The position numbers and the translations under genes were made by a program. Below are positions 49,101-58,024 of a stretch of DNA of 64,000 nt, piece by piece. The notes under the pieces were generated by a model, which was given only the letters and a program-made list of their open reading frames with translations, did no database searches and had not been told where the DNA came from. Origin of the DNA: Gammaproteobacteria bacterium. GTDB taxonomy: Bacteria; Pseudomonadota; Gammaproteobacteria; JBCCGL01. Location: contig OZ255836.1 in the NCBI GenBank assembly GCA_965277715.1, positions 4,064,001-4,128,000 of the forward strand, read 5' to 3'. Position 1 is the stretch's first letter. Every line of letters begins with the position of its first letter.

Positions 49101-49296
49101 TGAAGTGGCCGGTTTTGTGCGTGCTGATGCGCGCCTGAAAGATCTGCCCATTATTGTTATTAGCTCGCGGACAGGTGAAAAACACCGCCAGCGTGCATTT
49201 AACCTTGGTGTGAATGAATGCCTCGGTAAACCTTATCAGGAAACAGGCTTAATCCACCTGATGTCCAAATTGCTCAACGTAGAACTGAAAGGTTGA
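43126..49296 (+). CDS. chpA: ChpA hybrid histidine kinase (multiple Hpt, HATPase, CheW, REC)
   Basis: FHTLKGSG, LHTLNGSA, LHTLKGGA; FDPLELDRYS; HVLRNAVAHGIE; GRGVGLDVV; C-terminal receiver. Confidence 0.93.
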   Translation: MMNTKSNVDLSSIKWVLRQLVPILGEVQRAIVNYVEVVDQVNAQADLQANSVESIVDMLRKVHGIVHMLELHGAARLTEEMEFMALALRDNVPEDRESALEIWMRAALQLPDYLDRIKAGSPDVPLVLLTLLNDLRAARGVTPLPEVDLFIPDLSPIPDLSTVEINEIAQSEQLLTETVNGLRRRFMRALLDWYRDEQNIEPLGRMSRFIFEIEQVVRSQSVRKVWLVCRAMVDSLYHKGLSPNANIKQLLGQIERTMKDLLDWGEIAFARTQPEGLLTNLLYLIARSDAQSPLINEIKREYRLAELLPHQDKLVRARRILQGPSIELLQVTNQGVRDDISTIKDIIEVYVHADNRELAMLDPISGLLRRVSDTLSMLGIDKAYRLLQPRQQSLREIIDHHGDPGSERLFDIATVLLRIEGMLDSHISDQVGLLGPEIAPTVATKTGNPTLKDLPEREYQALIQSVVKESLRAFARIREALIDYADQSENAHKIKHVPGLLNEITGVFHIMSDNRVSSMLADLSSAIQSKYVDGGVIPGLAEQEKVADTIAGIEYYFESILENDEVHEYDAVLGMIRLALDQLMASNVDDAGEQVATEQQADTGDTDSLVSEHNRDDALADSDNATDNNATTRPQHTDPLISGDVSVAAEPIPQTALKIISEDLDEEILEIFIAEALDEMGVINECLPKWKADSTDEASLTRIRRSFHTLKGSGRLVGAQIIGEFAWSNENLLNYVLRGDLQANDKLFELLNESVSVLPQLIAQLRGQDSQVEYAGLIDSINALTQQSINRQGVLPTSHTKPDPVSPKDPGSELGLGGVELEGIDSNPNLTDETSSAKDNTIEAFTDTELPGISLFGFDEGGLGVNDFIEIAAPEPEAPDLGASEPTIPVLALSELSISESDDADMDTDRTEDARDKSVEIPAAIDTSIDHGIDPVLLDIFSKEARVHLDTLEDIFQQSRELSGIIQPSDKLIRALHTLNGSAQTTQVYQISRLSGPLERVAKYKLELGQAFSVGESGLLKQSIDAVSATLDALLGAWKIPESVGVMAQRVEAYATEILAEIETQTSNRGDQELRKIFIEEAEELVDESEKIIIRWRAAPEDHQPIADIKRQLHTLKGGARMAGYASMADLTHALESSVIAREVQGITPSDRYFDLLQETIDALVVNIEQAKNDQEIGHFDWIISNLNMGIDERELVDLPGASTPAEAAVATENEHADDLSALILEMEQSEAETTPPTFTLEEDAAEETYVGAEPATLQAMEQREQVTDLSMPALEEEEVPEEAGLPALTLEEEVAPADGDAEIVHYEPEPAPGHDEPVDELTARSPQLPTDTGGAEYAAQPLSVSIKPDDAVSQQATLVGQGMTMDAAPVVVTEEEKEAAHPLTEPPREDIDALAVAEPEMPVIPPIVSPVASKSSSESIGEALKDHIDAPPTARRLPDKPSDQVRVRSELLDNLVNNAGEVSIYHSRFGQQIGDMRFNLNELEQTVVRLRGQLRSMDRETEAQILYGYDKQNEQSDREFDPLELDRYSRLQELSRALQESVSDLENIQDTLTNLTRDSETLLMQQSRVSTELQEGLMRTRMVRFDGIESRFSRIVRQTAQSLNKKVALAIAGGENEIDRGVQERMIAPLEHVLRNAVAHGIEMPSVREAADKPTTGKVMIRLALDGGDILIRVVDDGAGIDLESVRRAAIERNMIDENAQLNEQEVLHLLLEPGFSTAREVTQIAGRGVGLDVVAREITHLGGSLSLETEVGVGTLFVMRLPQTLAISQALLVEAAGETYALPINSVRGVSRISFAELEQHYANPEKKYLYADEAYQPVRLTSLLNAEPVRIKSAADEQIPLLMVRSGEVRVAVQIDDLIGRREIVIKSAGQQLSMLRGIAGATLLSDGKVALVLDIGGLLQTMEGGNVTRELASLGTTPVADVNASPTALTIMVVDDSVTIRNVTARMLERYNLEVVTAKDGVDAVSQLQKQKPDLILLDIEMPRMDGFEVAGFVRADARLKDLPIIVISSRTGEKHRQRAFNLGVNECLGKPYQETGLIHLMSKLLNVELKG

Positions 49297-49754
49297 TAGG
49301 TTTGACTGAAGAAACACAGGTTAAATGTTTGTTATTGCCACTACACCAGCGGCTGCTTTTGGTGCCCAATGCAGTCGTTGCCGAAGTACTGAGTGATCAA
49401 CTGCTCGCCCCGGCACCGGCAGGTGCGCCAGACTGGCAGATGGGCCAAATAGGCTGGCGCAGTGAGCGTGAGCTGAAAGTTATTTCATTTGAGGGGGTTT
49501 GCGGTGAGATGCCATCAATACCTACAGAAGTTGCCAATGTGGTGGTAATGTACTCGATTGATGGTACCCGGAAAAACCGCTTTTACGGTCTTTATATTAC
49601 CGGCACACCCAAATTTCAAATGATTGATGCAAACACACTGTCACTATCTTCAAATCAGCCGGGTAACGCCAATTGTATAGCGAGCCGTATCGTTATCAAT
49701 GGCGCAGAAGGGTATATCCCCGAACTTGATGAAATTGCGCGTTTGATCGCTTGA
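49293..49754 (+). CDS. chpC: CheW-like ChpC
   Basis: CLLLPL...LLVPNAVVAEV, PDW.MG.IGWR, ISFE. Confidence 0.85.
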   Translation: MIGLTEETQVKCLLLPLHQRLLLVPNAVVAEVLSDQLLAPAPAGAPDWQMGQIGWRSERELKVISFEGVCGEMPSIPTEVANVVVMYSIDGTRKNRFYGLYITGTPKFQMIDANTLSLSSNQPGNANCIASRIVINGAEGYIPELDEIARLIA

Positions 49755-49901
49755 TTGAGTTATGTTGCGACAGGCGCCTGGATAAAAATATCTATCTACT
49801 GAAAGTGGGGGAATCTGTCTGATTGTTTGCATCGCCCTGGTTGCAGTAATTAATCCACGGCCTTTTTTGTGCTAGAAATAGAGGAAATGGGGGGAGTTAA
49901 A

Positions 49902-50591
49902 ATGACGTATTTAAAAACCTGTGGTTTAGCCACTATCGGCGTAATGATGGCGACAGTGATTAATGTCGCTGATGCATCCTGCTCAGATAAGCGCGCACCG
50001 GGTGTTGATTGGTCAGGCTGCAAAAAATCCCGCAAGATGCTCGATGAGGAGGATTTCTCGGGGGCACGCTTTGATGGGGCCAATTTTAGCGCGAGTACAA
50101 TGGATGGCAGTAATTTTTCCAAGGCCAGCCTGGTCAAGGCCGATTTAACCCGTGCCAGCCTGAGTAAAGCTAACTTTGAGCGGGCGAACCTCAGTAAGTC
50201 AGTAGGGTATCGTGCGCAGTTTGACCAAGCCAATTTTACTGAGGCCTTACTGCAAAAATCAGAGTTTTCGCGGGCGAACTTTCAGGGGGCAACATTCCTT
50301 AATGTCGACTGGTCCCGCGCAGAGTTGGGGCGTGCCAACTTTTCTACAGCAACACTGAACAGCGTAGTGTTTGAGTACACCAATATGGCGCGTGCAATAT
50401 TCACGGATACCCGTTTAAATAAGGTCGACTTTGCTGGTGCCTATACATTTTTGACACGCTTTGAAGGCGTGGATTTACGCAACACCCAGCAGTTGACGCA
50501 GACGCAACTGGATATTGCCTGTGGCGATGACGAAACGCTGTTGCCGGAAGGTTTATCCAGGCCTTTGAGTTGGCCGTGTGTCGAGGGGTGA
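49902..50591 (+). CDS. Secreted pentapeptide-repeat protein
   Basis: Signal peptide, APGVDWSGC, A(N/D)(F/L)xx repeats, C-terminal QLDIACGD..T.LP...WPC. Confidence 0.9.
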   Translation: MTYLKTCGLATIGVMMATVINVADASCSDKRAPGVDWSGCKKSRKMLDEEDFSGARFDGANFSASTMDGSNFSKASLVKADLTRASLSKANFERANLSKSVGYRAQFDQANFTEALLQKSEFSRANFQGATFLNVDWSRAELGRANFSTATLNSVVFEYTNMARAIFTDTRLNKVDFAGAYTFLTRFEGVDLRNTQQLTQTQLDIACGDDETLLPEGLSRPLSWPCVEG

Positions 50592-50643
50592 AGGGGGAAG
50601 GGGGAAATATTAACTTTATCTTCGCCTTCCCCCTTTTTATTTT
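50591..50643. terminator. Intrinsic terminator between convergent genes
   Basis: AAGGGGGAAGG...CCTTCCCCCTT followed by TTTATTTT. Confidence 0.7.
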
Positions 50644-52664
50644 TACAACAGAGGGGCAATTACCAGGCTGACGATTGCCATTACGTTAATCAGGATATTC
50701 ATTGAAGGCCCGGAGGTGTCTTTGAACGGGTCGCCAACGGTATCACCGACTACTACCGCTGCATGGGTTTCTGATCCCTTGCCACCAAGGTTGCCCTTTT
50801 CGACATATTTCTTGGCATTGTCCCAGGCACCACCTGCGTTTGCCATCATTAACGCCAACAGAATACAACCGAGCAAACCACCCGCGAGCATACCGCCCAA
50901 TGCCTCGGCACCAATAATAAAACCCACCAGTACCGGTGCTGATACAGCAATAATGCCGGGAAGAATCATTTTCTTGAGCGCTGCCGTTGTGGCGATATCC
51001 ACGCATTTGTTGTGGTCTGGGTCTGCATTGCCTTCTTTAAGGCCAGGAATTTCACGGAACTGACGGCGGATTTCCTCGATCATTTCCATCGCCGCATCAC
51101 CAACAGCCGTCATGGTAATGGCTGCGATAAGAAAGGGCAGCAGGCCGCCAATAAACAACCCGACTAATACCAATGGATTGGCGAGTTCCAGCGAAAAATC
51201 GGGGTTTTTAACGGACATGGTTTCAACAAAAGCGGCAATGATTGCCAATGCGGCCAATGCGGCGGCACCAATGGCAAACCCTTTGCCGATAGCGGCGGTG
51301 GTGTTGCCCACTTCGTCCAGGCCGTCGGTGATCTTGCGCGTATCTTCACCCAGCCCGGCCATCTCAGCGATACCGCCTGCGTTATCGGCTACCGGGCCGT
51401 AAGCATCCAATGCCATGGTCATGCCCACTGTGGCAAGCATGCCCACAGCGGCGATGCCGACACCGTATAACCCGGCCATCCAGGTAGAGACAAAAATAAT
51501 TACACAGATAGTCAATACGGGGATGACCACCGATTCCATACCGACAGCCAGGCCCGTGATAATAACGGTGGCGCTACCGGTTTTGCCAGATTCGGCGATA
51601 CGCCGGACTGGTTCGGCTGCTGTGTAGTACTCGGTAACCAAACCAATCACAATACCACCGGCGGTGCCGACCAGAATCGCCACCCACACCTGCCAGGAAA
51701 CACCGAGCATTTTTACCAGCATAAAACCACCGACAATGAGTGCGAAAGCCGATATCTGATGGCCCATACGCAGGGCTTTTTCCGGTGCGCTGGATGAGCT
51801 GGATTTAACAATAAAGATACCGATAACCGAACAGATCAGGCCGAGCGAAGACAGCGCCAGCGGCAGGAACATCAGTGCACCACGATCACCGTTTGCCAGG
51901 GCATCAACGCCGTTGCCAGTGCTCATGGCCAGTGTCGAGGCTATGGCCATAGTGGCAATCATCGAACCGCAGTAGGATTCAAAGATATCCGAACCCATAC
52001 CGGCGACATCACCCACATTATCCCCCACGTTATCGGCGATAACACCGGGGTTGCGGGGGTCGTCTTCGGGGATGCCCTCTTCAAGCTTGCCCACCAGGTC
52101 GGCGCCGACATCGGCGCTCTTGGTGTATATACCACCACCAACGCGTGAGAATAGTGCCACCGAGGAAGCCCCCATACCAAAACCGTGAATAGCGTGGGCA
52201 GTGGCCGGGTCACCCCCGAAAAACCAATACAGAAAACCAAGGCCCAGCAGGCCCAGTGAAGCGACGCACAGGCCCATGATCGAACCGCCAAAAAAGGCGA
52301 CGGTCAGCGCGCTTGCCTGGCCGCTGTCATGCGCGGCCACCGTTGTGCGCACATTCGCTTTGGTGGCTGAAAACATGCCGAGGTAGCCAGCGGCTGCAGA
52401 GGCGCTGGCGCCAACCAAAAACGATAGCGCCGTTTGCCAACCCAGCGGTGAGAGAAAAATAAGTACTAATAAAACCCCGGCAAATATACCCAGCATTTTG
52501 TATTCGCGATGCATGAATACCATTGCACCCTGGTGAATTGAATTGCCAATGTCGGCGATTTTGCCGTCACCGCCCGAATAGGCCAGCAGTGCTTTGTAAA
52601 TTGCAAAGGCGACAATCAGGCCCGCCACGCCAAATAACGGTGGCAGGATTAAAAGGTCACTCAT
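50643..52664 (-). CDS. hppA: Membrane pyrophosphatase, K+-dependent, probably Na+-translocating
   Basis: [33 protein letters not shown] (Ala = K+-dependent), [21 protein letters not shown]. Confidence 0.92.
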   Translation of the reverse strand: MSDLLILPPLFGVAGLIVAFAIYKALLAYSGGDGKIADIGNSIHQGAMVFMHREYKMLGIFAGVLLVLIFLSPLGWQTALSFLVGASASAAAGYLGMFSATKANVRTTVAAHDSGQASALTVAFFGGSIMGLCVASLGLLGLGFLYWFFGGDPATAHAIHGFGMGASSVALFSRVGGGIYTKSADVGADLVGKLEEGIPEDDPRNPGVIADNVGDNVGDVAGMGSDIFESYCGSMIATMAIASTLAMSTGNGVDALANGDRGALMFLPLALSSLGLICSVIGIFIVKSSSSSAPEKALRMGHQISAFALIVGGFMLVKMLGVSWQVWVAILVGTAGGIVIGLVTEYYTAAEPVRRIAESGKTGSATVIITGLAVGMESVVIPVLTICVIIFVSTWMAGLYGVGIAAVGMLATVGMTMALDAYGPVADNAGGIAEMAGLGEDTRKITDGLDEVGNTTAAIGKGFAIGAAALAALAIIAAFVETMSVKNPDFSLELANPLVLVGLFIGGLLPFLIAAITMTAVGDAAMEMIEEIRRQFREIPGLKEGNADPDHNKCVDIATTAALKKMILPGIIAVSAPVLVGFIIGAEALGGMLAGGLLGCILLALMMANAGGAWDNAKKYVEKGNLGGKGSETHAAVVVGDTVGDPFKDTSGPSMNILINVMAIVSLVIAPLL

Positions 52665-52943
52665 GTAAGTTTCTCCTCAGTGGTAGTCATGGTTTCTGAA
52701 CGCCCGCAATAGGCCACCACAATATAATTATATTGCTCATGGTCGATCTCGGGACAAAACGCGAATGATAACCAACTCCGGCCCGGAAGTTTGATAAATT
52801 TGTGCGATAATCGTATGAATCTATCGAAACCGCCAGGCTATGCTGCAAATTTGGGTAACAACAGGCTTAATCGCAACGCTGTACGCGCACTGTCTGGTAT
52901 TTTAGGTGATGCGTTATGCCTGTAACACAGTGATGCCCCTTTC

Positions 52944-54791
52944 ATGAGTCGGCGTGACCCCATTCGCAACCATGTGCTTGAAGGCGCGCTGTTTAGGCGG
53001 CGGGTCATTATTTCGCTGTTGTTTGGTCTGCTGCTGGTGGGCGTACTGCTGACACGCTTGGCGTATTTGCAGTTAGTCAGTTTTGACCACTATTCGACAT
53101 TATCCACCAATAACCGTATGCGTTTGCAGGCTGTTGCCCCACCACGCGGTTTAATTTTTGACCGCAATGGTGTTGTGCTGGCTGAAAATCTGCCCACCTA
53201 TCGACTGGAGATAACCCCTGAGGAAGTCGGTGATATGGATGAGACCCTGGAGGAACTTGCCGGGGTAGTCGATGTTTCCAAGCGTGAAGTGCAACGCTTT
53301 CGCAAAGCACTCAAGCGTGCGCGCCCGTTTGAAGATATTCCGCTGCTGTTTAATCTCAGCGATGAACAAGTGGCACGCATAGCGGCGGTGCGCCATCAGT
53401 TTCCCGGTGTTGAAATTAGTGCGCGTTTGAGCCGTCACTACCCCCAGAACGCTGTTGCCGGGCACACGATCGGTTATGTTGGGCGTATCGATGAGCGCGA
53501 GCTTAAGGCAGTCGATCAAACCAACTATGCGGCGACTAACCATATTGGTAAAGTTGGTATCGAAAAGTATTACGAGGAGCGTTTGCACGGCAAGGTTGGT
53601 TACCAGCGTGTTGAAGTGAACGTCGCGGGGCGCGTATTGCGGGTGCTTGAAGAGCAGGCGCCTATCGCCGGGCAAAACTTACACTTAACGCTGGATATTG
53701 CCCTGCAAAAAACAGCCGAGCAGGCAATGGGTGAACACAGCGGATCGGTGGTAGTGCTCGACCCTGAGAACGGCGATATATTAGCGATTGTCAGTCAGCC
53801 GACCTTTGATCCCAATTTGTTTGTCAATGGTATTTCACACGAAAACTACGCGATACTGCGCAATGACAAAGCGCAGCCACTCTTTAACCGGGCATTGACC
53901 GGGCAGTACCCACCTGGCTCGACGATCAAGCCGATTATTGGCCTGGCCGGGTTAAGCAGCAAAGTGCAAAAACCCCGGCAGCGTATCTTTTGCCCTGGCC
54001 GCTATTCGCTACCTAACGATGAGCGCAAATACCGGGACTGGAAAAAGACAGGGCATGGCTCTGTGAATCTCACTGACGCCATTACCCAATCCTGCGATGT
54101 ATTGTTTTACGATATGGCGTTGCGGATGGGGATCGACCGCATTTCGCCCGTACTGGAAATCTTTGGTTTGGGCACGGCAACCGGGGTCGATACCACGGGC
54201 GAGGCAGACGGTATACTGCCATCGCGGCAATGGAAAAATGCCGTTAAAGGGCAGTCCTGGTTTCCTGGTGAAACCCTGATTACGGGCATTGGGCAGGGGT
54301 ATATGCTGGTGACGCCTCTGCAACTGGCCAGCGCGACGGCTATGTTGGCAACACGGGGGGAACGGGTCAAGCCCCGCCTGTTGTACCGTGTACAGGCGTC
54401 TGCGGATGAATCGGTAGAGATGCAGGCTCCCACTGCGCCGGTCAAGGTGGGGGTATTTGACGCGGCACATTGGGAGTATATTCACAAGGCGATGGTGGAC
54501 GTTGCCCACACCCCCCGTGGAACGGCGTATCGTGCCAACCGTGGGACCACTTATCGCGTTGCGGCGAAAACGGGTACGGCGCAGGTATTTGGCATCGCCC
54601 AGGATGCAAAGTATGAAGCGGACAAACTCAGCAGAAAACTGCGTGATCACGCTGTGTATATTGCCTACGCCCCCGCCGATGCACCGCGTATTGCCATTGC
54701 GGTAATTGTTGAACACGGTGGTAGTGGTGGTAGCGTTGCCGGCCCGATAGCCCGTGAGGTAATGGATGCTTATCTGGTTGGCCAGCATTAG
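52944..54791 (+). CDS. mrdA: Penicillin-binding protein 2
   Basis: PPRGLIFDRNG, PPGSTIK (SxxK), SCD, KTGTAQ. Confidence 0.95.
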   Translation: MSRRDPIRNHVLEGALFRRRVIISLLFGLLLVGVLLTRLAYLQLVSFDHYSTLSTNNRMRLQAVAPPRGLIFDRNGVVLAENLPTYRLEITPEEVGDMDETLEELAGVVDVSKREVQRFRKALKRARPFEDIPLLFNLSDEQVARIAAVRHQFPGVEISARLSRHYPQNAVAGHTIGYVGRIDERELKAVDQTNYAATNHIGKVGIEKYYEERLHGKVGYQRVEVNVAGRVLRVLEEQAPIAGQNLHLTLDIALQKTAEQAMGEHSGSVVVLDPENGDILAIVSQPTFDPNLFVNGISHENYAILRNDKAQPLFNRALTGQYPPGSTIKPIIGLAGLSSKVQKPRQRIFCPGRYSLPNDERKYRDWKKTGHGSVNLTDAITQSCDVLFYDMALRMGIDRISPVLEIFGLGTATGVDTTGEADGILPSRQWKNAVKGQSWFPGETLITGIGQGYMLVTPLQLASATAMLATRGERVKPRLLYRVQASADESVEMQAPTAPVKVGVFDAAHWEYIHKAMVDVAHTPRGTAYRANRGTTYRVAAKTGTAQVFGIAQDAKYEADKLSRKLRDHAVYIAYAPADAPRIAIAVIVEHGGSGGSVAGPIAREVMDAYLVGQH

Positions 54792-54931
54792 CGGGCCGGA
54801 ATTAATTCAGTTGAACCATGGTGAGAACACTTTACCTTCAGTGTATTGACATCTAAATGTGTGAAGTAAACTCAACTTATTGGTTTAGCGTTAAATGACA
54901 ATCTGTTTTTAGCACTGTGGGTGAATAACCT

Positions 54932-56062
54932 TTGTTTCGAAATGAACCATTAAACCAACGGCGTCATCCGGCGGCGGCCCGTATGTTAGGTGCTTTGCCC
55001 CGGCTGGACTATGTACTGTTATACAGTTTACTGGCGCTGGCGTTGGTCGGCTTAACCGTGCTGTATAGCGCATCCGGGCATGATCTCGATCAGATAATGC
55101 GCCAGTGCATACGTCTGGGTATTGGTTTTGTGGTTATGCTGCTCATTGCGTACATCAACCCGGATACCCTGCGTTTTTGGTCTCCCTGGTGCTATTTGCT
55201 GGGTTTGTTGATGTTAGTTGCTGTGCTGTTTTTTGGTGAAGTGGGCAAGGGTGCACAACGCTGGCTGGATATTGGTGTGATGCGCTTTCAGCCTTCTGAA
55301 TTGATGAAACTGGCGGTGCCGATGATGGTGGCTTGGTTTGTCAGCGAGCGCCCGTTACCCCCTAAATTTTTATGGTTGCTGGGGGCCTGCAGTCTGGTCG
55401 TGGTGCCCGCACTGCTCATCGCCCGGCAGCCGGATCTGGGCACTGCTTTACTGGTCGCCAGCGCCGGTTTTTTCGTGTTGTTTTTAGCGGGGATGCGCTG
55501 GCGGGTACTGCTTGGTGTCGTGGTTACGACAGCGGCAGGTATGCCTGTTCTGTGGCATTTTATGCACGACTACCAGCGCACTCGGGTGATGACACTACTG
55601 AACCCGGAATCCGATCCACTGGGGGCGGGTTACCACATCATACAATCAAAAATTGCCGTGGGCAGTGGCGGTGTTTTTGGCAAGGGTTGGCTCAACGGCA
55701 CGCAATCGCACCTGGATTTTTTACCCGAGCGATCCACCGACTTTATTTTTGCTGTGTTTGGCGAAGAGTTTGGCTTTATCGGTGCAGTGGCGCTCATTGC
55801 GTTATACCTGTTTATTATTGCGCGTGGTCTGTATATTGCCTCTACCGCCCAGGGCAGTTATGCCCGTTTATTAGCGGGCAGCTTATCACTCACTTTTTTT
55901 ATTTATTTACTGGTGAATATTGGTATGGTTATCGGCCTGTTGCCCGTGGTGGGTGTGCCGTTACCCATGATCAGCTACGGCGGCACATCGGTAGTGACGT
56001 TGATGGCGGGTTTCGGTATTCTTATGTCGGCCCAGGCACACAAACGATTACTTTCTGAATAA
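54932..56062 (+). CDS. rodA: Rod shape-determining protein RodA (start uncertain)
   Basis: GAQRWL, FQPSE, QPDLGT, GYHIIQSKIAVGSGG, FLPERSTDFIF, PMISYGG. Confidence 0.95.
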   Translation: MFRNEPLNQRRHPAAARMLGALPRLDYVLLYSLLALALVGLTVLYSASGHDLDQIMRQCIRLGIGFVVMLLIAYINPDTLRFWSPWCYLLGLLMLVAVLFFGEVGKGAQRWLDIGVMRFQPSELMKLAVPMMVAWFVSERPLPPKFLWLLGACSLVVVPALLIARQPDLGTALLVASAGFFVLFLAGMRWRVLLGVVVTTAAGMPVLWHFMHDYQRTRVMTLLNPESDPLGAGYHIIQSKIAVGSGGVFGKGWLNGTQSHLDFLPERSTDFIFAVFGEEFGFIGAVALIALYLFIIARGLYIASTAQGSYARLLAGSLSLTFFIYLLVNIGMVIGLLPVVGVPLPMISYGGTSVVTLMAGFGILMSAQAHKRLLSE

Positions 56063-56077
56063 ACGGTACAGCTTCTT

Positions 56078-57064
56078 ATGCGATCTACCTCATTGTTATT
56101 ATGTTTATGTCTATGTTCTTGGATCACCGGGGCACATGCCGACTATTCCAATAACGATAAAGCACGGCAATTTATCACGGATATTACTGCCAGACACTCG
56201 CTCAATGCCGCCGAGCTTAGAGGGTTGTTTAAACAGATAGAACGACAGGACAGTGTTATCAAGGCTATTTCCCGGCCCGCTGAACGCGTGTTGAAATGGA
56301 AGGGCTACCGGCCTATTTTTATTACCGATAAACGCATTGCGGCAGGTGTAAAATTTTGGCGTGAACACCGTGAACTGCTCGATAAAGTTGAGCGGGAATA
56401 CGGTGTTCCCAGTGAAATTATTGTGGCCATTATCGGTGTCGAAACCTTCTTTGGCCGTTATAAAGGCAAGTACTCTGCACTCGCCTCGCTGGCCACATTG
56501 GCATTTGACTACCCACCGCGCAGCAAATTTTTTCGCAGCGAACTGGAGCAGTTTTTACTGTTGGTAAAAGAGGAGTCACTCGATCCTCTGGCGGTCAAAG
56601 GCTCGTATGCCGCCGCGATGGGAATGCCGCAGTTTATATCCAGTAGCTACCGCGAGTATGCCGTCGATTTTGATGGCGATGGCCGCCGCGATCTGTGGAA
56701 TAACATCGCCGATGTCACCGGGAGCGTGGCCAACTATTTTCGCCGTCACGGCTGGCAACGGGGGCAGCCGATTGCCGAAAAGGTCAGCCCGGACGGCGAA
56801 CGCTATAAACCGTTGATTGCTAAAAAACTCAAACCCACTGTCAGTAATGCCCAGTTACAGGCGGCGGGCATCGAATTAAAACAACCATCAAAGGGCGATA
56901 AGTCGCTGTACCGTTTGATTGGCAGCAAAGGTGAGGAACTATGGGTTGGCCACAAAAATTTTTATGTCATCACCCGCTACAACCACAGCAAACTTTACGC
57001 GATGGCGGTATTTCAACTCAGTCAGCGTATCGCGGCGGCAATGGCCTCGCCATCAGCTAACTGA
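56078..57064 (+). CDS. mltB: Lytic murein transglycosylase B
   Basis: IIGVET.FG, GSYA.AMG.PQFI.SSY, DFDGDG, ITRYNHS. Confidence 0.93.
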   Translation: MRSTSLLLCLCLCSWITGAHADYSNNDKARQFITDITARHSLNAAELRGLFKQIERQDSVIKAISRPAERVLKWKGYRPIFITDKRIAAGVKFWREHRELLDKVEREYGVPSEIIVAIIGVETFFGRYKGKYSALASLATLAFDYPPRSKFFRSELEQFLLLVKEESLDPLAVKGSYAAAMGMPQFISSSYREYAVDFDGDGRRDLWNNIADVTGSVANYFRRHGWQRGQPIAEKVSPDGERYKPLIAKKLKPTVSNAQLQAAGIELKQPSKGDKSLYRLIGSKGEELWVGHKNFYVITRYNHSKLYAMAVFQLSQRIAAAMASPSAN

Positions 57065-57121
57065 TCAAATAATAGTGAAACCGTGAAATCGCTTCTCTTA
57101 CAAAAATGCCCGCTAAGCTGT

Positions 57122-57171
57122 AGAGCGTGTCTTAAAAGTGCCCCACCCTCAGAGCGAGGGGTTGGGGTGAG
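57122..57171 (-). repeat. REP-like repeat, copy 2
   Basis: Reverse complement is about 40/50 identical to 9157-9206. Confidence 0.7.
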
Positions 57172-58024
57172 GAACTTTTCCGACATCCTCTGTGCGGGAG
57201 TGGCGGGGTTTCTGCTCGTTGCGGTACTGCTGTTGGGTGCCTGCTCGACTACCGATGTAGGTAATGTCGATGAAGATAAAGATGGGCCGGGTGGCCATGT
57301 TGATGCCGATGCAGTTGACGACGCTATAGCACGGCGGGAACCGTTTAGCCGCTATGGTAACCCCCCTTCTTATGAAGTAAACGGTGTTCGCTATACCGTG
57401 CTGGACAGCAATAAGGGTTATGTGGAAAAGGGCAATGCCTCCTGGTATGGGAAGAAATTTCATGGCCGCAGAACCTCCAGTGGCGAGGTGTTTGATATGT
57501 ACAAGGCGACGGCGGCACACCGCAGTTTGCCATTGCCGACCTATGCGTATGTCACCAACCTCGACAATGGCAAGACACTGCTGGTTAAAATCAATGACCG
57601 TGGCCCTTTTCACAGTGACCGTATCATCGACTTATCCTATGCAGCGGCGGTAAAACTTGGCTTTGCCAATGCCGGTATTGGTCATGTGGAGGTACGCGCT
57701 ATTAATTTTGATCAGGCATCGGCAAAAGCCCCTCCGGCCACTGATGAAACACCCGGCACTGCCCGCGTACCACTCCCCGCAACGCCCCAACAGACGTACA
57801 TACAGATAGGTGCTTTCAAATACCGGGTGAATGCACAGGCAGCCGGTGAGCGTTTGCAAGCGGCTGGGTTTTCTGCGGTATCTGTTGACCAGGCGCAATC
57901 GCTAAACGGTGACCCACTCTACAAAGTGCGCATGGGGCCTTATGACAGCCTGGCGGAAACGGACGCGGTTATCAGCCAGTTGCAGGCGGCGGGAATAACC
58001 GGCTTTAGCCTGCTGGATAATTAA
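57167..58024 (+). CDS. rlpA: Septal lytic transglycosylase RlpA (lipoprotein with SPOR domain)
   Basis: Lipobox LGAC, GNASWYG..FHG, AAHRSLPLP, NDRGPF, IDLSYAAA, IQIGAF; probable GTG start at 57167. Confidence 0.88.
   Translation: MRNFSDILCAGVAGFLLVAVLLLGACSTTDVGNVDEDKDGPGGHVDADAVDDAIARREPFSRYGNPPSYEVNGVRYTVLDSNKGYVEKGNASWYGKKFHGRRTSSGEVFDMYKATAAHRSLPLPTYAYVTNLDNGKTLLVKINDRGPFHSDRIIDLSYAAAVKLGFANAGIGHVEVRAINFDQASAKAPPATDETPGTARVPLPATPQQTYIQIGAFKYRVNAQAAGERLQAAGFSAVSVDQAQSLNGDPLYKVRMGPYDSLAETDAVISQLQAAGITGFSLLDN

Noticed and set aside
54009-56058. Long alternative-frame ORFs (54009-54788 -, 55372-56058 +) and similar shadow ORFs
   Set aside because: They overlap well-conserved mrdA/rodA, have no recognisable motifs, and are expected from codon bias.
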